A stretch of DNA of 64,000 nucleotides, taken from contig CAWHBU010000002.1 in NCBI GenBank assembly GCA_963827685.1, positions 928,001-992,000 of the forward strand, in the 5' to 3' direction. Positions 1 through 9,562 of this stretch are shown here, piece after piece (the first letter of the stretch is position 1; every line of letters begins with the position of its first letter). Under the pieces are notes generated by a model. That model had not been told where the DNA came from, made no database searches, and saw only the letters and a list, made by a program, of their open reading frames with translations. This DNA is from an uncultured delta proteobacterium. Lineage in GTDB: Bacteria > Desulfobacterota > BSN033 > UBA1163. The translations under genes were made by a program, and so were the position numbers.

Positions 1-119
1 ATGGCTTGGGCTACAGAAGAGGCATCCCGACAATCCAAATAGCGGACCTCCTGAGGAAGTCTCCTTTGGTCGAGGATTCTGACCTCATCACTTTTCCATT
101 CAATGGTTTTAAATTTCAT
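1..119 (-). CDS. mtnA: Methylthioribose-1-phosphate isomerase, N-terminal part (runs off window start)
   Basis: Hand translation MKFKTIEWKSDEVRILDQRRLPQEVRYLDCRDASSVAQAI contains the MtnA-type LDQRxLP motif; lies directly downstream of gatB; not in ORF track. Confidence 0.85.
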   Translation of the reverse strand, partial: MKFKTIEWKSDEVRILDQRRLPQEVRYLDCRDASSVAQA

Positions 120-133
120 AGAGCCTAAACGCC

Positions 134-201
134 AGGTTGAGGTTAAGGTTTAGGTTCAGTAAAGACTTTTTTTGTTCTTAACCTTAGCCTCAGCCTCAAC
201 C
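134..201. repeat. Intergenic palindromic element built from GGTTRA/GGTTTA hexamers and their complement
   Basis: ggttga ggttaa ggttta ggttca ... ttaacc ttagcc tcagcc tcaacc; same family at 55659-55726. Confidence 0.7.
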
Positions 202-1635
202 TTTTAATTTCTTTCTAAGTATCTCATTGACCAATTTGGGATTCGCCTTCCCTTGGGTCTGCTTCATCACCTCCCCCACGAAGAAGCCGAAGAGTTTCTC
301 CTTGCCTTTTCGATAATCCTCCACCTGCTTTGGATTGGCCTCTATGGCTCTTTCAATGGCTCTTTCGATCTCCCCTCCATCAAGGATTTGAACCCAACCT
401 TTTTCTTTCACGATATCTTCCGCATACGCTCCTGTCCGATACATCTCTTCAAAGACATCCTTGGCAATTTTTCCGCTGATCGTCCCTTTCTTCATCATGG
501 AAAGCATCTCTGCCAGGTGTTTGGGAGTAACAGGACAATGATCAATCTCCTTTTCGTCTCGCTTCAACTCCCGGAGCAGATCTCCCATCATCCAATTGCT
601 CACGGTTTTGGGTTCTGGAAAGAAACTGACACATTCCTCAAAATAATAGGCCATGGCTTTTGCAGAGGTGAGGATCTCGGCATCGTATTCAGGAATCTGA
701 TATTGTCGAATAAACCTTCCCTTTTTTTCATCGGGAAGCTCAGGAAGTCTTTTACGAATCTCCTCGACCCATCTCTCATCGATCCTCAATGGAACAAGAT
801 CCGGATCGGGGAAATAGCGATAATCATGAGCCTCTTCTTTTCCCCTCATCGAAATCGTGATCCCTTGATCGACATCCCAGAGCCGTGTCTCCTGAACTAC
901 CTCTTCTCCCTCCTCCACCATTGCTATCTGACGCTTGATCTCAAACTCTAATGCCTTTTCTACATGGCGGAAGGAATTCATGTTCTTCAATTCTGTTCTG
1001 GTCCCAAATTCTTTCTGACCTTTTGGCCGGACCGAAACATTTGCGTCACATCTAAAGGTCCCCTTCTCCATATCGCCTGTACAGATTTCCAGATATTGGA
1101 GGATCGCTCGAAGTTTTCTTAAATAATCACCAGCCTCCTCTGGAGATCGAATGTCCGGTCCACTTACAATCTCAACCAAGGGAACCCCTGTCCGATTGAA
1201 ATCGACATAACTGAAAGCTTCGGTCTCGGGTGTCTCGCCATGCTTCAGCTTCCCAGCATCCTCTTCCATATGAATCCGGATGATATGAATCCGCTTCTTT
1301 TCTCCTTGGACCATGATTTCAATAAAACCATCCACGGCCAAAGGAAACTCATACATGGAAATCTGATACCCCTTCGGGAGATCCGGATAAAAATAATTCT
1401 TTCTGGCAAAAAGGCTGTGAGGAGCAATTCGGCAGGAAGTAGCCAAACCCAATTTGATGGCAAACTCCACAGCCTTCCGATTGATCACTGGAAGAGAACC
1501 GGGCTGTCCGGTACAGACAGGACAGGTTTGCGTATTCGGTTCTTCCCCAAATGTTGTGGAACACCCACAGAATATTTTCGATCGGGTCAGGAGCTGCGCA
1601 TGGACTTCTAAGCCAATGACAGGTTCATATTCCAC
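196..1635 (-). CDS. gatB: Asp-tRNA(Asn)/Glu-tRNA(Gln) amidotransferase subunit B
   Basis: [60 protein letters not shown] motifs. Confidence 0.98.
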   Translation of the reverse strand: MEYEPVIGLEVHAQLLTRSKIFCGCSTTFGEEPNTQTCPVCTGQPGSLPVINRKAVEFAIKLGLATSCRIAPHSLFARKNYFYPDLPKGYQISMYEFPLAVDGFIEIMVQGEKKRIHIIRIHMEEDAGKLKHGETPETEAFSYVDFNRTGVPLVEIVSGPDIRSPEEAGDYLRKLRAILQYLEICTGDMEKGTFRCDANVSVRPKGQKEFGTRTELKNMNSFRHVEKALEFEIKRQIAMVEEGEEVVQETRLWDVDQGITISMRGKEEAHDYRYFPDPDLVPLRIDERWVEEIRKRLPELPDEKKGRFIRQYQIPEYDAEILTSAKAMAYYFEECVSFFPEPKTVSNWMMGDLLRELKRDEKEIDHCPVTPKHLAEMLSMMKKGTISGKIAKDVFEEMYRTGAYAEDIVKEKGWVQILDGGEIERAIERAIEANPKQVEDYRKGKEKLFGFFVGEVMKQTQGKANPKLVNEILRKKLKG

Positions 1636-1673
1636 AAGACTTCCCTCTCTTTCTTGAAATCACTGTTTCTAAA

Positions 1674-1700
1674 ATTATAATAAAGTCCAATCGTTGTCAA
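1674..1700 (-). promoter_or_regulatory. Putative sigma70 promoter of gatB
   Basis: TTGACA (1700-1695) followed by TATAAT (1679-1674; spacer 15) or TAATTT (spacer 17). Confidence 0.5.
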
Positions 1701-1713
1701 ATAATCTAATCAG

Positions 1714-1921
1714 TCCAAATCCCGCTTTAGAAAATTGTCATTGCGAGGGGAACGAAGCAATCTCGCCTTTTTCGATTAGATTGCCACGCCTGCGTGCCGA
1801 AACCTTTAATCATGTCAAAACTAATAGTTAGTGAGCACTACGGCGTGCAGGCACGCACCTTTCAGGTGCTCGCAATGACGAAATTGGAAATGGGTTTCGT
1901 TCTCCAAATCGGAATTTGGGA
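1714..1921. repeat. Nested REP/MITE-like palindromic element
   Basis: GTCATTGCGAG (1737) ... CTCGCAATGAC (1869-1879), inner GCCTGCGTGCCG...CGGCGTGCAGGC pair, outer imperfect IR ccaaatcccgcttt/aaatcggaatttgg. Confidence 0.7.
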
Positions 1922-1997
1922 TCAGTAGGGGCTCTCCCCTAAACCCTTTCTGGTTCAGGGTTGACAAACCTGATCGATTCCATTACCTTAGTCCAAA

Positions 1998-2861
1998 ATG
2001 TTCAAAAATATCCAGATTCCGCCATCCTTCTCCCTCATTAGGAAAGGACAGACTTTTATCCTCCTGGAGCAGGGGTATAAAGAGGCCCTTCTTAAACAAG
2101 GAATTGATGATTTAAAAACTTTCACCCAAAAAAGCAGCCAAATCTCTCACTATCACAAAGGTCGAACTCTTCATCCTTCCATTCCTCTTGAGGACGGGAA
2201 GAGGATGGTTCTTCGCCAATATTCACACGGAGGACTGTTACGAGCCATCACTGGCAATCTCTACTTTTCCGGGGCGAGATCTTTCCGAGAGCTGGCCTTA
2301 ACAGAAGAAATTCGATCCTGCGGAATTCCTACGATCCCCTCCATCGGTGCCATCCACCATTGCATTTTCTTCCCTTTCTACCAGGCTTACTTTCTTTCCT
2401 TAGAAGTTCCTCATGCCATAGATCTAATTCAATATTTTAATGAAATGGGAGTACATTCTTCCCGTGAGAGTCTTTCCTCAAAGAGAACAACAATACGATC
2501 TGCCGGCCTTCTTATTCGACAATTTCACCAAGCTGGATATTTCCATGGCGATCTTCAGCTTAAGAACATTCTGGTAGCAGGAGACCAACTTCTGCTTATT
2601 GATTTTGATCGCTCCTATCGGAAGCCGAGCCTCTCTACGGAGGAAAGGATGAAGAATCTCCTTCGCCTCAACCGTTCTGCAGAGAAGTGGATCCAACAAG
2701 GGCTGCCTCTCACGCGGACAGACCGCTGGCGTTTCTTTTTGGCTTATGCAGGAGACGATAAAAAGATCAGGGAGGCGATGCAAAAGGCCCTTCAAACCCA
2801 TTCGCTTCGTCTTTTATTCTATCGATTGGGCTGGGCAATAGAAAAAATAGTTGGGAGTTAG
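1998..2861 (+). CDS. Lipopolysaccharide (Kdo/WaaP/InaA family) kinase
   Basis: VLRQYSHGG, RSFREL, HGDLQLKNIL and LIDFDRS kinase motifs; NLLRLNRS; TTGACA-17-TACCTT upstream. Confidence 0.85.
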   Translation: MFKNIQIPPSFSLIRKGQTFILLEQGYKEALLKQGIDDLKTFTQKSSQISHYHKGRTLHPSIPLEDGKRMVLRQYSHGGLLRAITGNLYFSGARSFRELALTEEIRSCGIPTIPSIGAIHHCIFFPFYQAYFLSLEVPHAIDLIQYFNEMGVHSSRESLSSKRTTIRSAGLLIRQFHQAGYFHGDLQLKNILVAGDQLLLIDFDRSYRKPSLSTEERMKNLLRLNRSAEKWIQQGLPLTRTDRWRFFLAYAGDDKKIREAMQKALQTHSLRLLFYRLGWAIEKIVGS

Positions 2862-2917
2862 GAGTTCGGTGTTCAGAGTTTAAAACTAAGAACTCCGAAC
2901 TAAATACTCCGAACTAA
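2851..2917. repeat. Heptamer (GAGTTCG-type) inverted repeat element at a convergent gene junction
   Basis: gagttag gagttcg gtgttca gagtt ... aactccg aactaaa tactccg aact; same family at 25873-25951. Confidence 0.7.
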
Positions 2918-3545
2918 TCTTTTTGAAAAACTCTCTCAGGGGCTGGATGAGGAATTGGGTGTGGAAAAGGAAGAAGTGATCTGCTCCCGGGATAACGGCT
3001 AAAGATTTTGGTTCATCGAGTTGCTGATACCATTTCTCCAAGAGAGCAGGTGGACAGAACGAATCCTGGTTTCCTGCAATAAAAAGTTTTCTCTTCTTGC
3101 ATCCCTTGAGAAATCCAAAATCATAAATCCCAAGGGGTGGAGCAACGGCCACTATCCCCTTGAATCTTTCATCCTCGACGGCAACGGGGAGGCCTACCCA
3201 GGCTCCAAAAGAGTATCCTACCAAAATAAGCGGCGGATGGCCGTCCTTCAGTCTTGAAGAGAAGTAGTCGGCAACAGCCTTCACATCCTGCCTCTCTGCG
3301 ATCCCCTCTCCATAAGATCCTTTGCTTTCACCCACGCCTCTGAAATTAAACCGAAGTGTGGAGAGCCCTTCTTGAGAAGCAGCCTCCGCAGAAGTCGCAA
3401 TAACAAGGTGATCCATATCTCCACCATACTGCGGATGAGGATGGCAAAGGATAACCCCACCTCTAAAAGAAGAAGCCTCTTGAATACTCAAGAGGCCTTC
3501 CAGTTGAATCCCGTCAGATGGAATAAATACCTTTTCTTCTTTCAT
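2886..3545 (-). CDS. Alpha/beta fold hydrolase
   Basis: CHPHPQYGG, RFNFRGVGES, nucleophile elbow GYSFG, GADHFF. Confidence 0.9.
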   Translation of the reverse strand: MKEEKVFIPSDGIQLEGLLSIQEASSFRGGVILCHPHPQYGGDMDHLVIATSAEAASQEGLSTLRFNFRGVGESKGSYGEGIAERQDVKAVADYFSSRLKDGHPPLILVGYSFGAWVGLPVAVEDERFKGIVAVAPPLGIYDFGFLKGCKKRKLFIAGNQDSFCPPALLEKWYQQLDEPKSLAVIPGADHFFLFHTQFLIQPLREFFKKISSEYLVRSS

Positions 3546-3976
3546 CCCATTTTAGAAAATGGCGGAATTTCTTGATGAGTCTCTCGCAATAACCCTCTTT
3601 GTCGTTCTTTTATTGGTTTTTCCTTCTCGGAAGATTCGATCTTTGCATCGACCTTCTCTTTTACCCATTCCAAGATATTCCTCAAAATTTCCAAAAACCT
3701 AACCTTAAAACGGCTGACATCCTCACTTTCAATGCTTTCATTAAGTGATTTTAGCCACTCATCCAATTTTTTTTGTACTGCTTTTAAAATCTGGAGCATG
3801 TGAGGATCTGTTTCTCCCTTTTCCTCCTCACCCTGGATGGGGACAACCCGGTACCCATCTGATTTTGTTGCTTTAGACGTCGTCTTTTTAAGAATGGAAA
3901 AAGAACCGGAAACCAAGCCTATTCCCAGGGTAAGGATCAGAAATAAGGAGATGAGAGGGCCGACCCATTTTTTCAT
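3542..3976 (-). CDS. Hypothetical protein with N-terminal membrane anchor/signal
   Basis: Hydrophobic N-terminus, helical body, 4-nt overlap with the hydrolase gene. Confidence 0.65.
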   Translation of the reverse strand: MKKWVGPLISLFLILTLGIGLVSGSFSILKKTTSKATKSDGYRVVPIQGEEEKGETDPHMLQILKAVQKKLDEWLKSLNESIESEDVSRFKVRFLEILRNILEWVKEKVDAKIESSEKEKPIKERQRGLLRETHQEIPPFSKMG

Positions 3977-4005
3977 AATTTACACACCCGTAATAGCCGT
4001 GAAAA

Positions 4006-4082
4006 TGGCGGGCGATGCGGGAGTTGAACCCACGGCCTTTGGTTCCGGAGACCAACGCTCTATCCAACTGAGCTAATCGCCC
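4006..4082 (-). tRNA. tRNA-Arg(CCG)
   Basis: GGGCGATTAGCTCAGTTGGATAGAGCGTTGGT-CTCCGGA-ACCAAAGGCCGTGGGTTCAACTCCCGCATCGCCCGCCA: 77 nt cloverleaf, anticodon CCG, encoded CCA. Confidence 0.97.
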
Positions 4083-4120
4083 ATTCTTTCTCCGAAAAGA
4101 CATATCGACTTCTCGATACC

Positions 4121-4149
4121 TTTTTACCACCTTCCAGGGTCGCTGTCAA
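4121..4149 (-). promoter_or_regulatory. Putative island-borne sigma70 promoter for the reconstituted tRNA
   Basis: TTGACA-17 nt-TAAAAA with TGn extension, ~40 nt upstream of the tRNA 5' end. Confidence 0.55.
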
Positions 4150-4283
4150 TTCTAACTGGATTGACCTGAACCTTCTTTAACCCCCACTCTTCAAGTGTAC
4201 CGCTTCCCTTCGTAATAAAAATCAACGTACCAGCTTTTTCCTCTAAGATAGACGCCCATTCAAACCACCTCCTTTTATTGAGT

Positions 4284-4895
4284 TTATTGTTTATATTCTC
4301 GTCTAAAAACCCAAGTTCCCGGAATAGTCTCTTCAAATATTCCTTTGTAAGTATAATTTCTTTTTAATATGTCTTCATATCTTAATTCATAAGGGTATTT
4401 ATTATGATTGATAAGGATACTAAAGTGATTCAGAAAATCACTCTCGGCTGCTGGGCCTTCTTCAAAACCAGTTTCTTTTTCGTAACGTACTTTTTTAATT
4501 GTCAATATTTCTTCTATGCCAGATGGAAGGACTTCTATCTTTCGAAATATTGGCGTTTTCCCGGAAATAGGTTCCAATGCAAGAACTTGAATATTAATTG
4601 CGGTTCCTTTGCCATCATTTTTGATTTGAAAACTGGTTTTTCTTACACCCTTACTCAAATCATAAGTTTTAAAATACAAAGATATAAAAGGAGCTGCTTG
4701 CTCAATTCTCATTCTCCTCGTTTCCCACGCATACCAAAAGACAGCCCCCGCAGTAATGATTAAGACAATATCTCCAATGGAAATTCCATAATACTTGGAC
4801 AAGAAAAAAGTGACATAAAGATGCAAGAGACAAGAAATTAAGATAGAAGCCAAGATTATCCAAGCAAAAGCCATTAGGTTCTTGTGATTTTTCAT
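4284..4895 (-). CDS. Hypothetical membrane protein (2 TM + beta-rich domain), paralogue of 4929-5627
   Basis: Two hydrophobic segments then YAWETRRMR..PFISLYF, IKNDGKGTAINIQV, YEDIL. Confidence 0.75.
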   Translation of the reverse strand: MKNHKNLMAFAWIILASILISCLLHLYVTFFLSKYYGISIGDIVLIITAGAVFWYAWETRRMRIEQAAPFISLYFKTYDLSKGVRKTSFQIKNDGKGTAINIQVLALEPISGKTPIFRKIEVLPSGIEEILTIKKVRYEKETGFEEGPAAESDFLNHFSILINHNKYPYELRYEDILKRNYTYKGIFEETIPGTWVFRREYKQ

Positions 4896-4928
4896 TCAAC
4901 TCACTTCCCTTTCTTTGATTATTTAGGG

Positions 4929-5627
4929 TTAAGCGGGTACACCTCCTTTCATTTCATACGGTATATTGAATTCTCTTTTAGTCCGTTCCGGTTTTCCAGC
5001 ACCGATCCCCGTTAGGCTGTGATACTCCAAATCGCTTTTCCAACTGTGGCCCAAAATATCATCATAAATCACAGTCGTCGTTACCCAATATACACCCTCT
5101 TTCATTTTTTGCGGATAGTTTGAAACACCAAAAAAACCCGCCTGAGGTTGATTTGAATCGCCGCAAATATCTGCAATTAAACATAATAAAGAAACCTTTC
5201 CTTTCGATGGAACCATAGTGACTCCCGCAAACTCTAATGGTATTTCTTCGTTTTTGGAAAATGACCACTTAGAAAATGTCAATTTGGTTTCTACAAATCT
5301 AAGGTTGTAAGCGGGGAAATTACCAAAGTTCTCTATCCAAACATTGTCATTTGTAAAATGCAAAACCATAACTGGTCTAATATTGATTTCCGTATTATCT
5401 GTTATTGCTTTCCGCATCTTATAGGTTTCGATGGTATAGAAAAGAATAATTAACGCTGTAATCGCATATATAAGATCAGATAGTCTGAAAAAAACACTTA
5501 GTAACAATATTGTTGCTGCGACTGAAATCCACAGATATTGACTCTTTACTATGTGCTTGGTTCTTTCTTTCAATACTTTTATGAATATCACTGATTCTCT
5601 CCCTTCCTCTACAAAAAGAGGAACCAT
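4929..5627 (-). CDS. Hypothetical membrane protein (2 TM + beta-rich domain), paralogue of 4284-4895
   Basis: YTIETYKMR..RPVMVLHF, IENFGNFPAYNLRF, YDDIL. Confidence 0.75.
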   Translation of the reverse strand: MVPLFVEEGRESVIFIKVLKERTKHIVKSQYLWISVAATILLLSVFFRLSDLIYAITALIILFYTIETYKMRKAITDNTEINIRPVMVLHFTNDNVWIENFGNFPAYNLRFVETKLTFSKWSFSKNEEIPLEFAGVTMVPSKGKVSLLCLIADICGDSNQPQAGFFGVSNYPQKMKEGVYWVTTTVIYDDILGHSWKSDLEYHSLTGIGAGKPERTKREFNIPYEMKGGVPA

Positions 5628-5654
5628 CCAGCCCCTTTCGTCACAACAAACAAT

Positions 5655-5826
5655 CTAAACCATTTTCGCCATTTCAAGATTCACCACATTTACCATTTTA
5701 AAAAAATCTTCTTTTTGAATATCCCCTTTTCCATAAGTAACTGTATAATGGCTTCATTAGACACTACCTGGGACATGAGGAGTTCTTCAGAGGAAATGAT
5801 TTTTTAGGATCAAGATCTATTGCCAT
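5655..5826 (-). pseudogene. Frameshifted small hypothetical gene
   Basis: RBS GGAGGT, then MAIDLDPK; protein-like text (SEELLMSQVVSNEAIIQLLMEKGIF) continues only after frame changes. Confidence 0.4.
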
Positions 5827-5853
5827 TCCACTTACCTCCTTTTGGGATGATAT

Positions 5854-6945
5854 TTACTCCAACTCGTCAAATCCAATTGCTTTCAATACCCCTAAGGCAT
5901 TGAAAATGTAACTAAGCAAATCGTCACCATTATATTCATAACGAACCATTGCATCTAATAGAATTGCCTGAATGGGCAACGCATACTCGTAGTCCAACTC
6001 GATCTCTCCTGATTCCCCTTTTATTGAGAATAGCTGGCCGTCCAATAAATCGAGGTCTTCACTTAATCGGATATTGAAATCCCTTTTTCTATCCGCCGGA
6101 CGCGTAAATTTTCCATTCACCCATTTTACTCCATAATATTCAGAAATTCTTTCGATCTCTTCCGCAAAATCGTCACTCTCTTCATCTATATCCTCTAACT
6201 CCCCATCAAAGTAGAAATAATAGTCCCTTGGATAATCTGGCAATCTATTGTAAACCTCTTTGATAAACTTACGGTTTCTTATTAATTCCATATCTAAATT
6301 TGTTTTCGGGTTAATTATGGATTCATAGACTATTGCAATAGTGAGGGCAACTTCTGTGGGAGTAAGGTCTTGTATCATTTTTTTTGCTCTTTCATAAACA
6401 AAATCGTCTTTCCTCAATACAGAATCAACAATGGCAGTAATTCGAATTTCATTTAATCTAAGGAAGGTGATTGCATATTGTGGGTCTATGACCGTTACAG
6501 CACTTGAAGCCCCAAAGGCCTTTTTGATTTCACGAATCTGATTTTCGTGGGCCGATTTATCGGTGCAAAGCAGAATATAATATTGCTCAAGTTCCTTGCC
6601 ATATTCATTCAGGGCTTCAAAGCATTGTGCCTTTAACTGTTTAAGATAATCTTCGGAATCTAAATCATCAAATGATTTTATCTGGAAGGCAATATAGTTC
6701 GATTCTTCAGATTCCTCTTCGGAATCACGCAAAAGAACGTCAGTTCCTCGATCATGAATGCCCTGAACATCGTATGCAATATTATGGAATTTACTGAAAC
6801 ATTCAATGACCGTATTCAATTTCTTTTCTACTGCAGGACATAAGTGTTTGTTGTGTTTCAAGCGGCGAAAGGTTTCCGTAGAATGAATTGAACCTTCTCG
6901 ATATCGTAGCAATTCGTCAATTATTTTAGATAAAAATTCAAACAT
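5854..6945 (-). CDS. Hypothetical protein with Mrr-like/PD-(D/E)xK nuclease-type N-terminal motif
   Basis: QGIHDRGTDVLL...IAFQIKS resembles the D-x-G-x-D...Q-x-K Mrr-type active site; acidic C-terminal half. Confidence 0.6.
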   Translation of the reverse strand: MFEFLSKIIDELLRYREGSIHSTETFRRLKHNKHLCPAVEKKLNTVIECFSKFHNIAYDVQGIHDRGTDVLLRDSEEESEESNYIAFQIKSFDDLDSEDYLKQLKAQCFEALNEYGKELEQYYILLCTDKSAHENQIREIKKAFGASSAVTVIDPQYAITFLRLNEIRITAIVDSVLRKDDFVYERAKKMIQDLTPTEVALTIAIVYESIINPKTNLDMELIRNRKFIKEVYNRLPDYPRDYYFYFDGELEDIDEESDDFAEEIERISEYYGVKWVNGKFTRPADRKRDFNIRLSEDLDLLDGQLFSIKGESGEIELDYEYALPIQAILLDAMVRYEYNGDDLLSYIFNALGVLKAIGFDELE

Positions 6946-7052
6946 AATTAAATGGAACTCCTGCCTTTCGTTCTATATTTATGTCAAGGCATCAAGTATT
7001 TCTTTAAAAGCGTTTTCAATATCGCCAACTATTTCCATTCAACTCACCCCCC

Positions 7053-7205
7053 TTATTTCTTGGATTGTTTCTCTAACCATTCATCCAAGACCCTTCTAAT
7101 AAGTTCCGACACTGACAACCTCTTTTTTCGTGATAATGCCTTGAATTGTTTCATCTGATAAGGGGTAAGATAAATGTTTGTTCGGTTCATTAATTTTGGT
7201 CTCAT
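7053..7205 (-). CDS. Ribbon-helix-helix (CopG-like) DNA-binding protein, 50 aa
   Basis: Hand translation MRPKLMNRTNIYLTPYQMKQFKALSRKKRLSVSELIRRVLDEWLEKQSKK (RTNIYL strand, SVSELIRR helix); TTGACA-16-TATATT upstream; below ORF-track cutoff. Confidence 0.8.
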   Translation of the reverse strand: MRPKLMNRTNIYLTPYQMKQFKALSRKKRLSVSELIRRVLDEWLEKQSKK

Positions 7206-7380
7206 ATGTGTCTCTTATTGCCTCCAATGTTTAATATACACCATTAGATTGTTTTGTCAACCTTTTTCTTTGGACTCATTTGGAAAAGGGATGGATCTTT
7301 AACTCGAATTTCCTCCTGATTCAAAATGTTTTACAATAATCTTGAATTGTTGATATTATGTTATCCTATGTGGGTGTTAG

Positions 7381-8622
7381 ATGGGACCAATCACTCTATT
7401 TGATAAATCATTTCTTCAGTCATTAAGCTTGGATGAAGCTGTTTTTTTCGATCATTTCTTTTACTCAAACATCTGCCCAATTTTTTTCGTCGAAACGTTA
7501 GCCGATCTGGGTAAAGTAGTACGCGAAGGACGAACCCCGGAAGAAGAAGTTAGTATCATAGCCGACAAAACTCCCGAGATGAGTGGGAACGTAAATGTCT
7601 TTCATGGACAGATATGTATCGCCGATCTGTTAGGGCATCCACCCGCGATGTCAGGTCAGATTGTGATTCCAGGAGGGCGTCCGGTCCGCCATGGTAATCA
7701 ATCTGGTGTTGTTTTCGAGGAAGCTCCTGAAGTGATGGCTCTAAGAAGGTGGCAAGAGCACAAATTTGGAGAAGTTGAACGGGGTTTCGCACGCGTTTGG
7801 CGGGAGATGCTTAGCTCGATTGATACTGACAAGTTAGCGCGCGGTTTGAGGGAATTGGGATTAAGGCTCGGACATTGTAAAACGCTGAAGGATGCGAAAA
7901 ATATCGCAGACAAAATGATAATTGCTCGCAATAACCCCAGCGATCGAATCAAAATGACTTTTTGGCTGTTGAGTATCCCTGGACGTTTCCAAAAGGATAT
8001 ATTGCTTCGATGGAGGTTAGAAGAACAACCGCCGCTTATCGACTTTGCTCCATATGCCTCTTTTGTGCTATCTGTGCAAATCTTTTTTCACATTGCCCGT
8101 GCTGCTAACCTCATTTCTAAAAAACCATCAACTATTATGGACATCTCGTATCTCTTTTACCTCCCCTTTTGCATGGTTTTCACCTCCTCTGATAGGCTGC
8201 ATGAAAGGTGTGCGCCACTATTCTTACGATGCGATCAGGAATTTATTGCCGGAAAGGATTTGAAGATTGATCTAAATCGCATTGTGGACCACTTTGACGT
8301 ATTGCCTGAAGCTGAAAAGGAAAAGGGGCTCAATGCTTTTGCAGGAGGACCACCAGTTGAGGGAGATTTTCTCACCGCCAGGCTCTGGGATCGTTATTTA
8401 CCAAAGTGGCGCAATGTCTCAACCGTTCCCGTTCCACGAGATCCTAAAGAAGATGAATATCTGGTTGGATATGTTAAGAGTTTTGCAGAGGCCCCCACAG
8501 TCAGACCAGAGGAAATCGATTTTGACCTTGAGAATCCTGACTCTGTTGTTGTGGAGCGTAGGGTTATGAAGCGCCGAGGGAAATGGTGGCAGTTGCCTAA
8601 AGATTTACGCGATGAGGATTAG
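7381..8622 (+). CDS. Hypothetical protein, possible PIN-like fold
   Basis: 413 aa ORF; ITLFDKSFL N-terminus, ETLADL, and DISYLFYLPFCMVFTSSD resemble PIN acidic-residue spacing. Confidence 0.6.
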   Translation: MGPITLFDKSFLQSLSLDEAVFFDHFFYSNICPIFFVETLADLGKVVREGRTPEEEVSIIADKTPEMSGNVNVFHGQICIADLLGHPPAMSGQIVIPGGRPVRHGNQSGVVFEEAPEVMALRRWQEHKFGEVERGFARVWREMLSSIDTDKLARGLRELGLRLGHCKTLKDAKNIADKMIIARNNPSDRIKMTFWLLSIPGRFQKDILLRWRLEEQPPLIDFAPYASFVLSVQIFFHIARAANLISKKPSTIMDISYLFYLPFCMVFTSSDRLHERCAPLFLRCDQEFIAGKDLKIDLNRIVDHFDVLPEAEKEKGLNAFAGGPPVEGDFLTARLWDRYLPKWRNVSTVPVPRDPKEDEYLVGYVKSFAEAPTVRPEEIDFDLENPDSVVVERRVMKRRGKWWQLPKDLRDED

Positions 8623-8767
8623 GCAGATTCAATATTCAATTGTCAAAGAGCAAAAGGGCCTCAGATCTCTTAATCGACCAAAGACTAAATATCCTTTATC
8701 CTCTCTCCCTCAACCATTTCCCTATTTCCTCTAATCTACCCACTCTTCCAATCTCTTTTGTAGAGAC

Positions 8768-9067
8768 TTGTCCCCCCTCCTTGGTGAAAGACCCCCGTTT
8801 GGTGATTATGCCACGTTTGGCTCTATCACGTTTATCACTGCGAATATGTTATGGCTTCTCTGGGAAATCTATTATCAAAAAATAAGGTTGGAGCGAGTCA
8901 AACGGTGTCACCAATGTAAGAAATGGTTTGTGGATAGGACACGAAACAGACAAAAGGAACGCTGCTCCCCCGGTTGTACCTGGAAATCGTGGTCGTGGGG
9001 AAGAAGGAAGGAAAAAGGACACAAGCTATCCAAAGTAAAAATAAAGAGAAGAAGAAAGAAGGGCTAA
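8768..9067 (+). CDS. CGNR-like zinc-finger protein or fragment
   Basis: RVKRCHQCKKWFVDRTRNRQKERCSPGC followed by basic tail; start uncertain. Confidence 0.55.
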   Translation: MSPLLGERPPFGDYATFGSITFITANMLWLLWEIYYQKIRLERVKRCHQCKKWFVDRTRNRQKERCSPGCTWKSWSWGRRKEKGHKLSKVKIKRRRKKG

Positions 9068-9115
9068 TCATGAATCTAGGAAAGAATATCTGATATGCTT
9101 TTTGACGAGGGAATA

Positions 9116-9562
9116 TTAAGGCTTCCTTAGCCCACTAATACCGATTTTATTTAGGCTTGTATGGATATCCAATAGAATCCTTGGTGAGTAAAATCGAGAC
9201 CTCAAGATAGCCCCGTAAATTGTCTTCAGGGTTTGCTTATCTAATTCACCCCTTATTTCGATATCACTGTTGGATTCTAATGTTCCCTCTGGTAGAGAAT
9301 AAGGACGTTCGTCGAAATCCAAAATACAATCTTCATCGAAGCAAGGATACTTCTTCTTCTCGAAACTGAAAATACGATGTGACTCCCTTGCCCCTCCAAG
9401 TTTGAAATCATCCACTGAAGTGGTGGTTGTGCAGATATGAATAAGTATAGGGCAAGACAACAAACCCGTATCACCTAAACAAATAAACCATCTTGGCTTT
9501 ATTTTAATACCAATCTTTGGATAAGGGAAATTATTCCATTTAAATATTGTGCCAGGTTTCAA
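9116..9562 (-). CDS. Putative toxin, PemK/MazF-like fold
   Basis: MKPGTIF..FPY....KPRWFICLG..ICTTTT pattern and C-terminal IRGELDKQTL; TTG start overlaps the antitoxin stop. Confidence 0.55.
   Translation of the reverse strand: MKPGTIFKWNNFPYPKIGIKIKPRWFICLGDTGLLSCPILIHICTTTTSVDDFKLGGARESHRIFSFEKKKYPCFDEDCILDFDERPYSLPEGTLESNSDIEIRGELDKQTLKTIYGAILRSRFYSPRILLDIHTSLNKIGISGLRKP

Noticed and set aside
253-951. 232 aa ORF on + strand (and similar antisense ORFs such as 16604-17380, 35650-36213, 50825-51514)
   Set aside because: Shadow frames of well-supported genes on the opposite strand, with no recognisable motifs.
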